The notes under the pieces were generated by a model. The model saw only the letters and a list, made by a program, of their open reading frames with translations, made no database searches and had not been told where the DNA came from. From a virus: 64,000 bases of DNA. The stretch is taken from positions 16,948 to 80,947 of the IMG/VR virus record IMGVR_UViG_3300045988_107608. The stretch is one strand, 5' to 3'. Position 1 is the stretch's first letter; every line of letters starts with the position of its first letter. Shown piece after piece: positions 29,614-39,302 of the stretch. The position numbers and the translations under genes are program-made.

Positions 29614-30633
29614 TCATCGTTTTATCTTTTTAGACGGATCCCAATCCGAAGAGAAAGGGCATTCGTTTTTGTTATGTAATCCAAAGTCACAATAGTAACA
29701 CAGTGCTGACGGGCAGGGTAGCTTGTTTTGCGGAACAGGCTGGCTTAGGGTGGCACGCCGCTTGCTATACCTGGCTCCTTCTGCTCCCTGGATGTATGCC
29801 TGAAATGTTTTTACACTATTATCTTCAAAATCATACATTTTAGACAAAGTGTCATTTAGCATCTCTATAGATTTTGTTTTACGTTCCTCATCCACCTTAA
29901 CCTTTTGGTATTGTCTGGTCCTGGTAAAGAAATAGATGTTCATATCTGGCAGAACTCCACCATATTTTCTATAGATGTAAAACGAATATATAGGATGCTG
30001 TAAATTCGTTTCCAACTTCTTAGAATCAAAAACCTTATTACCTGATTTCCAATCTATGACATAATGGTGAACTACGTTCTTGCTTTTTATAGCCAGATGA
30101 AGGTCTACCGATCCTACTATGTACACATGAGTATGAATTACTCCATTTATGTTAACAGGCTTAGGAAGACGGTACGGCAGCACAAAATCTTCTTCGACTC
30201 CAACTATAGCGCCGTGTCTGATAAGTTTCTCGCAGGGATTAAGATCACTATCAGCTATCATAAACCTATTGCCGTCTTTTTTGAACAGATCCACAATCCA
30301 AGCAAGAAGCTCTCCAGATTGCTTCATGGCTATCATCATATTTTCCGGTGATTGCCAAGGTATGTCTTCTTGGTAAGCATAGTAACTTATAGCTTCCCCC
30401 AGGTCTTTGCCAGAAGGCTGTCTTCCGTTCTTGAAGAAGTATTCCAGTGTCTTATGAATAACCGTACCATAAGACGTAGCTTCTTGTTTTTCCGTAGACC
30501 TTTTGCCCTCCACGTAAGTTTTATACCATTTCATTGGACAAGTAAGAAACGTATCTATCTGGGAATAAGATATGGCAAGACGTTTCACACCATTAAACTC
30601 CTTATATAGCAAATGCGTTTCCGGGACCATCAT
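29614..30633 (-). CDS. Cas4/RecB-like PD-(D/E)XK exonuclease with a C-terminal Cys cluster
   Basis: IDWKSG (D-x-K motif), an N-terminal Cys (FLTCPMKW) and C-terminal CPSALCYYCDFGLHNKNEC, typical of Fe-S Cas4/AddB-type nucleases. Confidence 0.55.
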   Translation of the reverse strand: MMVPETHLLYKEFNGVKRLAISYSQIDTFLTCPMKWYKTYVEGKRSTEKQEATSYGTVIHKTLEYFFKNGRQPSGKDLGEAISYYAYQEDIPWQSPENMMIAMKQSGELLAWIVDLFKKDGNRFMIADSDLNPCEKLIRHGAIVGVEEDFVLPYRLPKPVNINGVIHTHVYIVGSVDLHLAIKSKNVVHHYVIDWKSGNKVFDSKKLETNLQHPIYSFYIYRKYGGVLPDMNIYFFTRTRQYQKVKVDEERKTKSIEMLNDTLSKMYDFEDNSVKTFQAYIQGAEGARYSKRRATLSQPVPQNKLPCPSALCYYCDFGLHNKNECPFSSDWDPSKKIKR

Positions 30634-30989
30634 AAGTCATTGTCTTTAAATCCTTCCGGGTAATATACGACATACTTCTTACCGTCTTCTGGTGTCATGG
30701 CAAACTGCATGTAGTTATTACGATTACGATGCTTGCCATCCAATCCTCGTTTCCAATACAGGATACCGTCTATATCCACATAAGATCGGCCGCGGTCGGC
30801 TCTAACCACGTCCGTGTGTAGCAGATACCCGTCGGAAGACACAATCCACACTTTATCCCCTTTGCTTAAATAAGATATTCTTTTTCTTACAACAACCCTT
30901 TTCTTATTATCCAATACAAATTCCTCGTCAGTCATACTCTTCATCCTCCTCTTCTTCTGTTTCAAAATCAATTCCATAATACTGATCAT
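30630..30989 (-). CDS. hypothetical protein (real start probably at the internal MKSM/MTDEEF)
   Basis: 119-aa ORF. Confidence 0.4.
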   Translation of the reverse strand: MISIMELILKQKKRRMKSMTDEEFVLDNKKRVVVRKRISYLSKGDKVWIVSSDGYLLHTDVVRADRGRSYVDIDGILYWKRGLDGKHRNRNNYMQFAMTPEDGKKYVVYYPEGFKDNDL

Positions 30990-31065
30990 AATGCTTGGTC
31001 AGTTCTTCTGGTTCTAAATCTTGTCCAAAATCCATGTTAAAAATATCGTAATTAGTAAAGCACTG

Positions 31066-31081
31066 TTCCTGCCGGCAGGAA
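31066..31081. promoter_or_regulatory. perfect 16-bp palindrome TTCCTGCCGGCAGGAA in an intergenic region
   Basis: Self-complementary 16-mer between the SPFH operon end and the next minus-strand gene. Candidate operator. Confidence 0.35.
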
Positions 31082-31142
31082 ATCTATGAATGCTGCTTTT
31101 ATTTCTTCAATTAGGCCCAAGTGTAACCCTGGGCCATTGTAT

Positions 31143-32843
31143 TTATTTTTTGTCATCTCCTTTTAGCTTCTTTAAAGTATCTGCAATCGGAAGCTGATCA
31201 ATGACTCCCAATGCCGGAGCGACGGTCTTAACAACATTGTTAAGGAAATTACCGGTACTGTTCTGACCGCCGTCAAATACCGTGATATTTCCGAGGTTAA
31301 TGTGCTCAAATGCCTTAACCTGTTCTCCGGCAATTTCTTTCCACTGATTAACCATCTTGTACTGGATGGCGATCTGAGGATTGGATTCTGCTGCTTCCAC
31401 CATAGCCTTAAATCCGTCGGCTTCTGCCATCAACGACTTTTTCTTACCTTCGGCTTCCGCTTCCAGCTTCATCTGAATAGCTTTTGCTTCCGCCTCTGCT
31501 TTTGCCAAATGTGCTGCTGCTTCAGCATCGGCCCGGCGTTTGATCTTCTCGGCCTCGGCATCAGCTTGCAACATAGCCTCCTGCTTCTGAATTTCAGCCG
31601 GCACAATCTTTTCAGCTTTAAGCGCAGCTTGAACCTTCTTAGCTTTAGCTTCTTCCACTTCTTTATCAGCAAGCTCTTTTGCCGTTTTCACAGCCGCTTC
31701 CGATTTAACTTTCTCTTCTCCGGCTTTCTTTTCTGATTGAGCTTTGATAACCTGCAATTCTGATTCTGATACAGCAACCTCTTTCTGGGCATTGTTGTAG
31801 CCTACAGAAGCATTTTTCTCAGCCTCAGCTTTCTTAATCTGAGCTTCAGAGTCTTGTATTGCTATAGCTGCTTGTTTGTCAGCTTCAGCTTTATTCTTTC
31901 CAACTTCTTCCATTCTTTCGGCTTCAGCTTTGTTTACTTCAAGTTCCGCCTTAGATCTTGCAATCGCTGATTCCTTGTCAGCCAAAGTCTTTGCTATAGC
32001 CGCAGCCCTATCTCTATCGGCTTGAGCTACACCGATCTGTTTTTCTTTATCGGTTAAAGCCAAAGCTACTTCTTTTTCTTTCTTTGTTTCAGCTACTACC
32101 GTTTCTTTTTCTTTTTCAGTATAGGCAATTTGAATCTCTTGCTCTTTTTGGGTATTAGCTACAGCCGTTTCTTTTTCCTTCTGTTGTACAGCAATCTTAA
32201 TAGCACCCAGCTTTTCCTGTTCTTCGATATTAGCCTGTGCTTCGTTCAGAGCCTTGCTTTCAGCCTCTTTACCAAGATTCATGATGTAGCCGGCTTCATC
32301 TCTGATGTCACTGATGTTAATGTTCAAAAGATAAAGACCCAATTTATTAAGTTCGTTATCAATGTTTTTTCTTGCCTTATCCAAAAACTCATCCCTATCA
32401 GAATTAAGTTTTTCGATTGTCATTTCGGCAATAATCAAACGCATCTGACCGTAAACGATGTCTGTAATAAGATTTTCAGTAGATTCGGTATCCATCCCCA
32501 AAAGTCTTTCTGCTGCATTTTGCATGATTTCAGGATTTGTACTGATAGCTACTGTAATAGTTGTAGGCACATCTACTCTAATATTCTGAGATGACAAAGC
32601 ACCGGTAAGCCTACAATCTATTTGCATAGGCTCCATAGACAAAACATCATAGCTTTGAATAATAGGCAAGACAAATGCCGCTCCACCATGATATAATTTT
32701 GCCGACTTCTTTTCCCCACCTGTCTTACCGTAAACGACCAAGACCTGATTAGGCTTACATCTACGATACCTTGATAAGACTCCGATGATTGTCAAAATAA
32801 TCACTACAGCTAAGATGGCTGACACGTACATAATTGTTGTCAT
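31143..32843 (-). CDS. SPFH/band-7 (flotillin-like) membrane protein
   Basis: N-terminal TM helix, SPFH core (QVLVVYGKTGG...VPTTITVAIS...) and a long KEKE/Ala-rich coiled coil, as in FloT/YqiK. Confidence 0.7.
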   Translation of the reverse strand: MTTIMYVSAILAVVIILTIIGVLSRYRRCKPNQVLVVYGKTGGEKKSAKLYHGGAAFVLPIIQSYDVLSMEPMQIDCRLTGALSSQNIRVDVPTTITVAISTNPEIMQNAAERLLGMDTESTENLITDIVYGQMRLIIAEMTIEKLNSDRDEFLDKARKNIDNELNKLGLYLLNINISDIRDEAGYIMNLGKEAESKALNEAQANIEEQEKLGAIKIAVQQKEKETAVANTQKEQEIQIAYTEKEKETVVAETKKEKEVALALTDKEKQIGVAQADRDRAAAIAKTLADKESAIARSKAELEVNKAEAERMEEVGKNKAEADKQAAIAIQDSEAQIKKAEAEKNASVGYNNAQKEVAVSESELQVIKAQSEKKAGEEKVKSEAAVKTAKELADKEVEEAKAKKVQAALKAEKIVPAEIQKQEAMLQADAEAEKIKRRADAEAAAHLAKAEAEAKAIQMKLEAEAEGKKKSLMAEADGFKAMVEAAESNPQIAIQYKMVNQWKEIAGEQVKAFEHINLGNITVFDGGQNSTGNFLNNVVKTVAPALGVIDQLPIADTLKKLKGDDKK

Positions 32844-32874
32844 AACTTTTAAAATTTAATTGTTGATAAAAAAA

Positions 32875-33369
32875 TTAGATAATTAATTCTCCTTCTTCGT
32901 ATTTTATATTCACCTTGTCACCGTTTTTGTAAGTTTTTCCAGACAAGCATCTTACTCTCATTTGCTCCTGTCTTCCATTTTTCGAAATATTTACCATATA
33001 ATGATTCTTCCCTGATCTAAACACTATCTCCACCTCTCTGCCATTTAAATCTTCCGGACATTCGTACACCATTTCTTGCTTTAACTTAAGAAGTAACTTA
33101 TATACGTAAAACAAAACGATAAAGAAAAACGACCCTATCACAACCCCTACTAAATGGGAACCCGAAAAGTAGGTAGTCCAGCTATATCCAAGAATAAAAT
33201 GTGTTATGCCCTTGAATGATATGATGTCCGACAAAGACATACTTAAATCAGAAGCATCATCAATATCAATATCCGTATCCAGATCAGATCCTAATATCGA
33301 CAACAAAAACTGTATAACAAAAGCAAATGACGCTATTAAAGCCATGCATAAAATTATGTCACTTCCCAT
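32875..33369 (-). CDS. NfeD-like membrane protein (SPFH partner)
   Basis: N-terminal TM helices plus a C-terminal short beta-barrel-like segment (GDKVNIKYEEGELII), immediately upstream of and overlapping the SPFH gene. Confidence 0.45.
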   Translation of the reverse strand: MGSDIILCMALIASFAFVIQFLLSILGSDLDTDIDIDDASDLSMSLSDIISFKGITHFILGYSWTTYFSGSHLVGVVIGSFFFIVLFYVYKLLLKLKQEMVYECPEDLNGREVEIVFRSGKNHYMVNISKNGRQEQMRVRCLSGKTYKNGDKVNIKYEEGELII

Positions 33370-33610
33370 ATCCTTCTGTTATTATTTTGTAAACAAGATC
33401 AGTCATATCTTTGATGGTCTCCATATCATAATCATTAATAACAATATTGAATTTTTGTTCCACCATCACTTCCAGTTCAATTTGATCGATAGAATCTAAT
33501 CCAAGTTCTTTAAACGTCACATCTTCTTCATGAACTATATCTATTTCCGAATTAAGAAACTGAGTAATAATTATATCCTCTATTATCTTTCTGATTCTTA
33601 CTTTTTCCAT
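33359..33610 (-). CDS. acpP: acyl carrier protein
   Basis: ELGLDSIDQIELEVMVEQKFNI matches the ACP phosphopantetheine-attachment motif (DSL/DSI Ser). 83 aa. Confidence 0.6.
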   Translation of the reverse strand: MEKVRIRKIIEDIIITQFLNSEIDIVHEEDVTFKELGLDSIDQIELEVMVEQKFNIVINDYDMETIKDMTDLVYKIITEGYGK

Positions 33611-34311
33611 TGCTTTCTAATTTTGTTAAATAAATACGTTTTTATGTTTTTCAATCGCTCTTTGTCTGTTTCAGAACTTCCGGTAAACAAATAATCCGGA
33701 TTGCCTTTAGCCGGCGGCGTAGGCAATTTAGATACGGCAAACAACCAATCCATTTCCTTATTCTTCTTAGACTCCAAATAAGGCTCGGTAGCGATCTTAA
33801 ATTTTTCAGCTATTAAGTCAAAGAGCTTTGAATTTTTAAGGTTCATATGGACCGAAAAGGCCTGAGAAGGCGGTTTCCATATGAAGTTACATAAGCTCAT
33901 TGTATAATCTCCTGACTCTGCTATATAAGATTCCGTTACCTGAAGTATGACCTCTTTCTTGAATGAGGTGTTACCCATAAACCAACACAACCTGGATTCC
34001 GCTTCTTTTCTGCTGACACCTATGTCTTTTGAATACGATTCGTACATTCCTATCATAATCTTCAACGTTTCCAGAACCTCGTCTGTCATCTCCGGTGTCT
34101 CTATATAATTCACAAAAGACGTTCCTTTGTTGGTCAATCTCATCACGCCTGATTTTAATTTCTCAACCAGGCCAAGCTCTATATACCTCCCAGCATCTTT
34201 TTCCAGCATGGCTTCGATCATAACCGTATCCTTCTGTCTTATAGCAAGAAGATTAGCCAGATCATTAGGAGTCATGTCTGATGCTGCAAGTTGTCTGAAA
34301 TTGATGTACAT
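33598..34311 (-). CDS. hypothetical protein
   Basis: 237-aa ORF overlapping the ACP start. Confidence 0.45.
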   Translation of the reverse strand: MYINFRQLAASDMTPNDLANLLAIRQKDTVMIEAMLEKDAGRYIELGLVEKLKSGVMRLTNKGTSFVNYIETPEMTDEVLETLKIMIGMYESYSKDIGVSRKEAESRLCWFMGNTSFKKEVILQVTESYIAESGDYTMSLCNFIWKPPSQAFSVHMNLKNSKLFDLIAEKFKIATEPYLESKKNKEMDWLFAVSKLPTPPAKGNPDYLFTGSSETDKERLKNIKTYLFNKIRKQWKK

Positions 34312-34313
34312 GC

Positions 34314-34523
34314 CTAATCAGCTTTAATAAAAATAACATCCTTACCATCCTCCCTCTCTACGTGATTACACGGGCCTGCGACTACATCTACCGACCCGCA
34401 TGTAATGTGGTCATTAAATATACATCCTTCACATCCTAAGTCTGGCTCTGGAGCATCCACACATTTTAATCTCACAAGTCCGGCATCAAACACTTCTCCT
34501 ACTTTAAATTCCTTCTTTTCCAT
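34314..34523 (-). CDS. small Cys-rich protein
   Basis: CEGC...C...C pattern. Confidence 0.35.
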   Translation of the reverse strand: MEKKEFKVGEVFDAGLVRLKCVDAPEPDLGCEGCIFNDHITCGSVDVVAGPCNHVEREDGKDVIFIKAD

Positions 34524-34538
34524 ATTTCCTCCTTGTTT

Positions 34539-35141
34539 TTAACTGTTGTACCCTTCTTTGATAATCGAATTTCTACCGGTAGATACCGACTGTCGAAGAT
34601 CGTCATGTACAGAATCTACCGTAGAATACTTGTTTCTGGTTGTAAAAATCACTTCCAGCATCTCCTTGTAATCACCTAAAGCTACTTCATATCTCGGATC
34701 TACTTTGGCTTTTCTTTCGGCCTCGGCATTACTCTTAGCCAGCTCTCGGTCAAGAAGATCTTCTTTGATTCGGTCAGCAATCATATCAAGTTCTTTTTTT
34801 ATGACTTCTCCTGCTGCCCGAAGTTGACCTTCTACGTCGCCAAGCTGATCTTGGACGGTTCCTATTTCTTTCTTTAGGCGATCGTATTCGTTAATCATAC
34901 CCATATCACCTGCATAGCCGGAAAAGTCCTTGATTATTCTGGTTCCTTCTTTAAGGAGTTCAATAACTCGTCTTTTACGTTCTCTGCTTATTAAAGACGG
35001 AAGACGATAATTCATATCCGCCACCGCCTTATCATGTATGGAGTTGATTAAAAACATCTCTCTTTCATCCCCTGCAAACTCAGTAAGAACCAAAAGGAAC
35101 TTACTTATCAGGTATTCGTTTTCTTCTACTGTTAGTCTCAT
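34539..35141 (-). CDS. hypothetical protein
   Basis: 200-aa ORF. Confidence 0.45.
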   Translation of the reverse strand: MRLTVEENEYLISKFLLVLTEFAGDEREMFLINSIHDKAVADMNYRLPSLISRERKRRVIELLKEGTRIIKDFSGYAGDMGMINEYDRLKKEIGTVQDQLGDVEGQLRAAGEVIKKELDMIADRIKEDLLDRELAKSNAEAERKAKVDPRYEVALGDYKEMLEVIFTTRNKYSTVDSVHDDLRQSVSTGRNSIIKEGYNS

Positions 35142-35156
35142 GGTTCTTATTTTTTT

Positions 35157-36290
35157 TTAATACAATGACTGTTCTTCCTTTGTCTCTTGTTCTTGATCTT
35201 GATTGTTCGTAACGTCTTCCACAGTATAGAGCTTGGGCGGCGTCGGCGGCTGGTTGGGGTTCACGAACTTCGTCCCGCCCTCCCCGTACATCCATCCATG
35301 TCCCGGCAGTATCTCTGGGTGGATTGTATTAGTAAGCTCTTCCATACTAACTTGCCTTACCTTCAGTATATGATGAAACACCAGTCCGGCTGTCCTGAAT
35401 GATGTTTTGTTTTCAGTTTTAAACCTATCAAGAGTCTGATACCAATCTTTCCCAAATATCATATACTTATCCAGCCCGTACCTACGAGGATTGTGCAAGC
35501 CTATCATTAACGTACATAACTGACCCAGCGTATCAGACTGGTAAAAATCAGAAAGACGCGGAGGCTGCTCTTGTGGGCTTTTTATCCTTCCTTCTATTTC
35601 TCTGTTGAATTGGGATATGATGAGGAAAAATATGTTTTTATATACTAATTTAGCTTCGTTCATAACCGCCACCAAATCATCTATAGCCGACTTAGGATCT
35701 AATCCCATTCTTTTTATCAAAGCAATATGATCGACTTTAAATATTATAAGACGTTTGTCTTTATGTTTGGTAGCTATATGATACACAGCCGCCTCAAACT
35801 CTTTTACCGTACACGGAGCATCGATGTATATTATATTATTTCTGATTTCACCTTGAAGGATTTCAAACATCCTCATCTCTTCTACTGTATTAGAATCTTG
35901 CCTTCTTAATATTTCAGGAGCCCGCTTTTTCATATCCTGGCTCATTCTACGAAGAAGAAGATCTTGAGGATTCATTTCGAACTCGCAATTAACAAGAAAA
36001 TAATCTTCTGCTTGCGGGTTGATCATCGGATTCATCACATTTTCCAATATCTTTTGGGCCACATACGATTTACCTACAGATGGCCGGGCTCCTATGGCAA
36101 TAGCATGCTGAGGGAAAATACCTCCAAGCAAAGCCTCATCAATATAATCGTATCCGGTTTTAGCGGGGATAAGCTCTCCCCGCCTGTATTTCAAGATATT
36201 CTCATACGCCTCTTCCATAACTTGTTTAGAGGTCTTGAATATCCTTCTTATATCTATCCTATTTGCTATCTCCTCTTGCATTTTTGTCAC
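35157..36290 (-). CDS. DnaB-like replicative helicase (RecA-fold C-terminal domain)
   Basis: TGYDYIDEALLGGIFPQHAIAIGARPSVGKS matches the DnaB consensus TGFxxLD..GGLxxGxLxIxAxRPxMGKT. Confidence 0.7.
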   Translation of the reverse strand: MTKMQEEIANRIDIRRIFKTSKQVMEEAYENILKYRRGELIPAKTGYDYIDEALLGGIFPQHAIAIGARPSVGKSYVAQKILENVMNPMINPQAEDYFLVNCEFEMNPQDLLLRRMSQDMKKRAPEILRRQDSNTVEEMRMFEILQGEIRNNIIYIDAPCTVKEFEAAVYHIATKHKDKRLIIFKVDHIALIKRMGLDPKSAIDDLVAVMNEAKLVYKNIFFLIISQFNREIEGRIKSPQEQPPRLSDFYQSDTLGQLCTLMIGLHNPRRYGLDKYMIFGKDWYQTLDRFKTENKTSFRTAGLVFHHILKVRQVSMEELTNTIHPEILPGHGWMYGEGGTKFVNPNQPPTPPKLYTVEDVTNNQDQEQETKEEQSLY

Positions 36291-36537
36291 CTTTCGTATC
36301 CGACTTGGATCCCCTATTAGCTTTTACTGATTTATACCTAAGACCGTTCTTGGTATGAGAACAATCCTTGCCTTTCCTCCAGCCCTTGCCCTTCTTCTTG
36401 TCCGTTTCGTAGTTTTTACGACCAAGCTCCCGGCGTTTGGCTTTCTGTTCCGGTCTGGCATTTATCTCCTTGTCCTTTTTAGCCTTTTTCTTCCTGGCTT
36501 CTGGATGAGTCCTGTAGTACTCTGTTGATCTGCCCAT
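36259..36537 (-). CDS. small Lys-rich basic protein
   Basis: 92 aa, K/R-rich. Confidence 0.35.
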   Translation of the reverse strand: MGRSTEYYRTHPEARKKKAKKDKEINARPEQKAKRRELGRKNYETDKKKGKGWRKGKDCSHTKNGLRYKSVKANRGSKSDTKGDKNARGDSK

Positions 36538-36589
36538 GTGCTTATATTTTTTTTGATTAATAATAGCACAAAGATAGGCAATTCGCGCC

Positions 36590-37156
36590 CTATTTCAACC
36601 TGCCGTAGCTCATATCAGGATCACACCAGACATACCCATCTTTCTCATCATGGAGATACTCAGGACATCCTCTACATGCGCTACTTCCTGACACTATTTG
36701 ATTGTTCTTATTAGGGCACTTATCTCCAGGCTTATGCCATTCTATTCTCGAACCTGATCGTTCTTTGTTTACATGACAGAACTGAAAGACTTTTCCCATC
36801 GTCTTCTCGCCAAACATACCTATATGTGTGTACTCTTCCGGTATAGATAGAAATTCAGATAAATCTTTATACATCCTTTCCCGTTCCTCCGGCGTAGACC
36901 ATAATCTGTCAAGTTCGGCATGGACTCTTATCTTAAGAGACCTCAGTGATGGCCCCGCAAGCCGGCCTTTAGCTTTTCCCTTATTCGGCCCTGATTCATG
37001 AACACCGACATAAGCGTTGCATGGTTTGCACATCATAACCATCCCTAAGCCTTTTCTGCTATATATTTTATCGGCATTTACCAGCTCAGTTTCTCTTCCG
37101 CAATAAGGACAAATTTCGCCTCTTAAAACCCGTTGTTGGCGCTCATTAAGTTCCAT
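36590..37156 (-). CDS. Zn-finger protein
   Basis: CPYCG...CKPCN. Confidence 0.4.
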   Translation of the reverse strand: MELNERQQRVLRGEICPYCGRETELVNADKIYSRKGLGMVMMCKPCNAYVGVHESGPNKGKAKGRLAGPSLRSLKIRVHAELDRLWSTPEERERMYKDLSEFLSIPEEYTHIGMFGEKTMGKVFQFCHVNKERSGSRIEWHKPGDKCPNKNNQIVSGSSACRGCPEYLHDEKDGYVWCDPDMSYGRLK

Positions 37157-37401
37157 ACCCTATTCTTTTGTTTTTCTTTAAACTTTTCATACAAACTGCT
37201 TTCAGTTTCCATTTCTGAGATCTCTACCTCTACGTCCTCTCTTTTGAAAATTACTTTCTTGGCTGTCGGATACGCACATTTAGAGATACGAATAGCATTA
37301 CGAATAGCGTAAACAAAATACGTTTCTGGTGACGATTCGATCACCACTACCTCATTTAAAGTATTTTTATAATTTTCCATGTTGTTATCTACTTGCTTCA
37401 A
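37123..37401 (-). CDS. hypothetical protein
   Basis: 92-aa ORF. Confidence 0.35.
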   Translation of the reverse strand: MKQVDNNMENYKNTLNEVVVIESSPETYFVYAIRNAIRISKCAYPTAKKVIFKREDVEVEISEMETESSLYEKFKEKQKNRVWNLMSANNGF

Positions 37402-37738
37402 TTATATAACCCGGATGATCTTCACACGCCTCTTTGTATTTGATAAGAAACTTAAGAAATGAATCATAAGACCCCCATCCGTTTTCCGGCTCGTATCTCA
37501 AAAGACTTTTTCTCTTAGAGATCATAATACATATACCTTTTGTAAGTACATTCTTCATCTCATTGGTATATATTTCTTTATACAATTCTTCTGGTCTCCA
37601 AACATAATCGTACAGCGTTTCTTTATTTTCCGATACGAATATTCTTTGTGCCATCTTGTTCATGTTGTGGGTGATGTTTGCAACCCATTCACGATCCTCT
37701 TCTTTCTTCTTACTTTTAATATAAACGTCCAGGCTCAT
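37385..37738 (-). CDS. hypothetical protein
   Basis: 117-aa ORF. Confidence 0.4.
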   Translation of the reverse strand: MSLDVYIKSKKKEEDREWVANITHNMNKMAQRIFVSENKETLYDYVWRPEELYKEIYTNEMKNVLTKGICIMISKRKSLLRYEPENGWGSYDSFLKFLIKYKEACEDHPGYIIEASR

Positions 37739-38729
37739 ACTGTTTTTCTTTTACCTTGTTACTAATTATCAAATCTGCCACATCATCTCCGTCTCCTACA
37801 TTTTCAACATTTTGAAGATAGTCTGATACTTTTATCCTTGACTTCATCATCATCCCATCTATCTTTTTACTCCATGTCTCAAATGCTTGTCCTTTGTCCG
37901 GAAAAGCTACAGTCTTTCTATCTTTTAAAACATCTATCACTTCCGGTCTTAGATTCTGCAACCCACCGGTAGCTACAAATAACTCATCCGGTTTATTCAC
38001 AGCGCATATAATAGCCGTCTTTTCTGATTCCACCAGATTAACCACCTTATCCGGATACTGGCTTAGAAGATGCTCCCCGAACAGGCATTGTCTAAACAAG
38101 AAGTCCCTTGCATGCAACGAGTGATAAAACATAACATGAGGCCGCTCATTGTCACCGTCTTTTTCTTTCACTCTTTTTACATCAATCTCATTCCCCTGGC
38201 TGTCGGTCTTTATACAAAAGTCCATGATCTTGCCGGTTCTGCATACAAAATCTTTGTCTATCTGCCAGAATATACAACACCCTTTCCATCCCCATAAGTC
38301 CATTGTTCCGACATGATACCTTCTGAACACATCAGATACCCTTTCTTTTCCCCATAGAGACGATAAAAATCTAAATACGGTGTTTCTATCGTCTGGAACC
38401 ACAGTCCTCTCAAACTCGCTAAAAGGTATGTAATTTACAACGTCAGGATTTACAGGAGGACGATAAGCTCTTATACACTTGTTTCCCGAAATCCAAAGAT
38501 CTTTGTCACCTACATCCTTGCCGGTAGGTCGTTTATCGTAACCGCAAGTCCGTTCATGATCGCATCTTCCGAACTCGTTGCCAACAACCTGACCTGTTGC
38601 CACATCAATATAAGGAGTGAGGCACCGGCTTTTCCCGCAAGCTGGGCAGGTTAGCTTCAGTCGGCTCCTGCCCGGCCTGCGGTCAAGTTGAAACCGAGGT
38701 ACGTTTTCGTATTTTCTAAAATCAAGCAT
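37716..38729 (-). CDS. putative DNA primase (zinc ribbon plus TOPRIM-like)
   Basis: N-terminal CPACG...C...C zinc ribbon. VNLVESEKTAIIC and AFPDKGQA resemble the TOPRIM Glu and DxD regions. Confidence 0.45.
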   Translation of the reverse strand: MLDFRKYENVPRFQLDRRPGRSRLKLTCPACGKSRCLTPYIDVATGQVVGNEFGRCDHERTCGYDKRPTGKDVGDKDLWISGNKCIRAYRPPVNPDVVNYIPFSEFERTVVPDDRNTVFRFLSSLWGKERVSDVFRRYHVGTMDLWGWKGCCIFWQIDKDFVCRTGKIMDFCIKTDSQGNEIDVKRVKEKDGDNERPHVMFYHSLHARDFLFRQCLFGEHLLSQYPDKVVNLVESEKTAIICAVNKPDELFVATGGLQNLRPEVIDVLKDRKTVAFPDKGQAFETWSKKIDGMMMKSRIKVSDYLQNVENVGDGDDVADLIISNKVKEKQYEPGRLY

Positions 38730-39072
38730 TTTTAACTCCTCTCATCGCCTCTATGATTCTATCTGCTATAGTTATAGACCATGACACCACATCTGGTACA
38801 TATACTCCGCAATCTATTTCACCTTTTCTATTTTGTGCTTTAACAAACTCAATAGAATAAGCCTTGATAAGATCGAATCTACGTTGCTCCCAGTCTACAT
38901 CTTTGTTTTCGTCATTTACAGGAAGGGTATCGAGATAAAAATTTAAACTCTCACTTATCACATTCCCATTATCACCATAGAACTGTATTCTGTCATGGTC
39001 GCTTCTTGTAGTTGAGCTACTGAAAGTGATTACGTCTATTATCTCTCCTGTTCTTCTAATTTTTCTTTTCAT
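38722..39072 (-). CDS. hypothetical protein
   Basis: 116-aa ORF. Confidence 0.4.
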   Translation of the reverse strand: MKRKIRRTGEIIDVITFSSSTTRSDHDRIQFYGDNGNVISESLNFYLDTLPVNDENKDVDWEQRRFDLIKAYSIEFVKAQNRKGEIDCGVYVPDVVSWSITIADRIIEAMRGVKNA

Positions 39073-39302
39073 ACTCTTCTTGTATTTCTGACCAATATAG
39101 GCATTATTATTTCGATGGTCTTGCCATATTTCTTATGAGATGCAAGTACACATATTGCATATTTATCTCCTATTTTCAAATCTTTCGATAATCTTAATCT
39201 CGAACCCCTTTTGATGTTAATAAAATAACCACCAAAAGGATTGATGCATATCGGTTTTACGATTTCTATATAATCTCCTTCAGGAATAACAATATCGTTC
39301 AT
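39069..39302 (-). CDS. hypothetical protein
   Basis: 77-aa ORF. Confidence 0.35.
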   Translation of the reverse strand: MNDIVIPEGDYIEIVKPICINPFGGYFINIKRGSRLRLSKDLKIGDKYAICVLASHKKYGKTIEIIMPILVRNTRRV

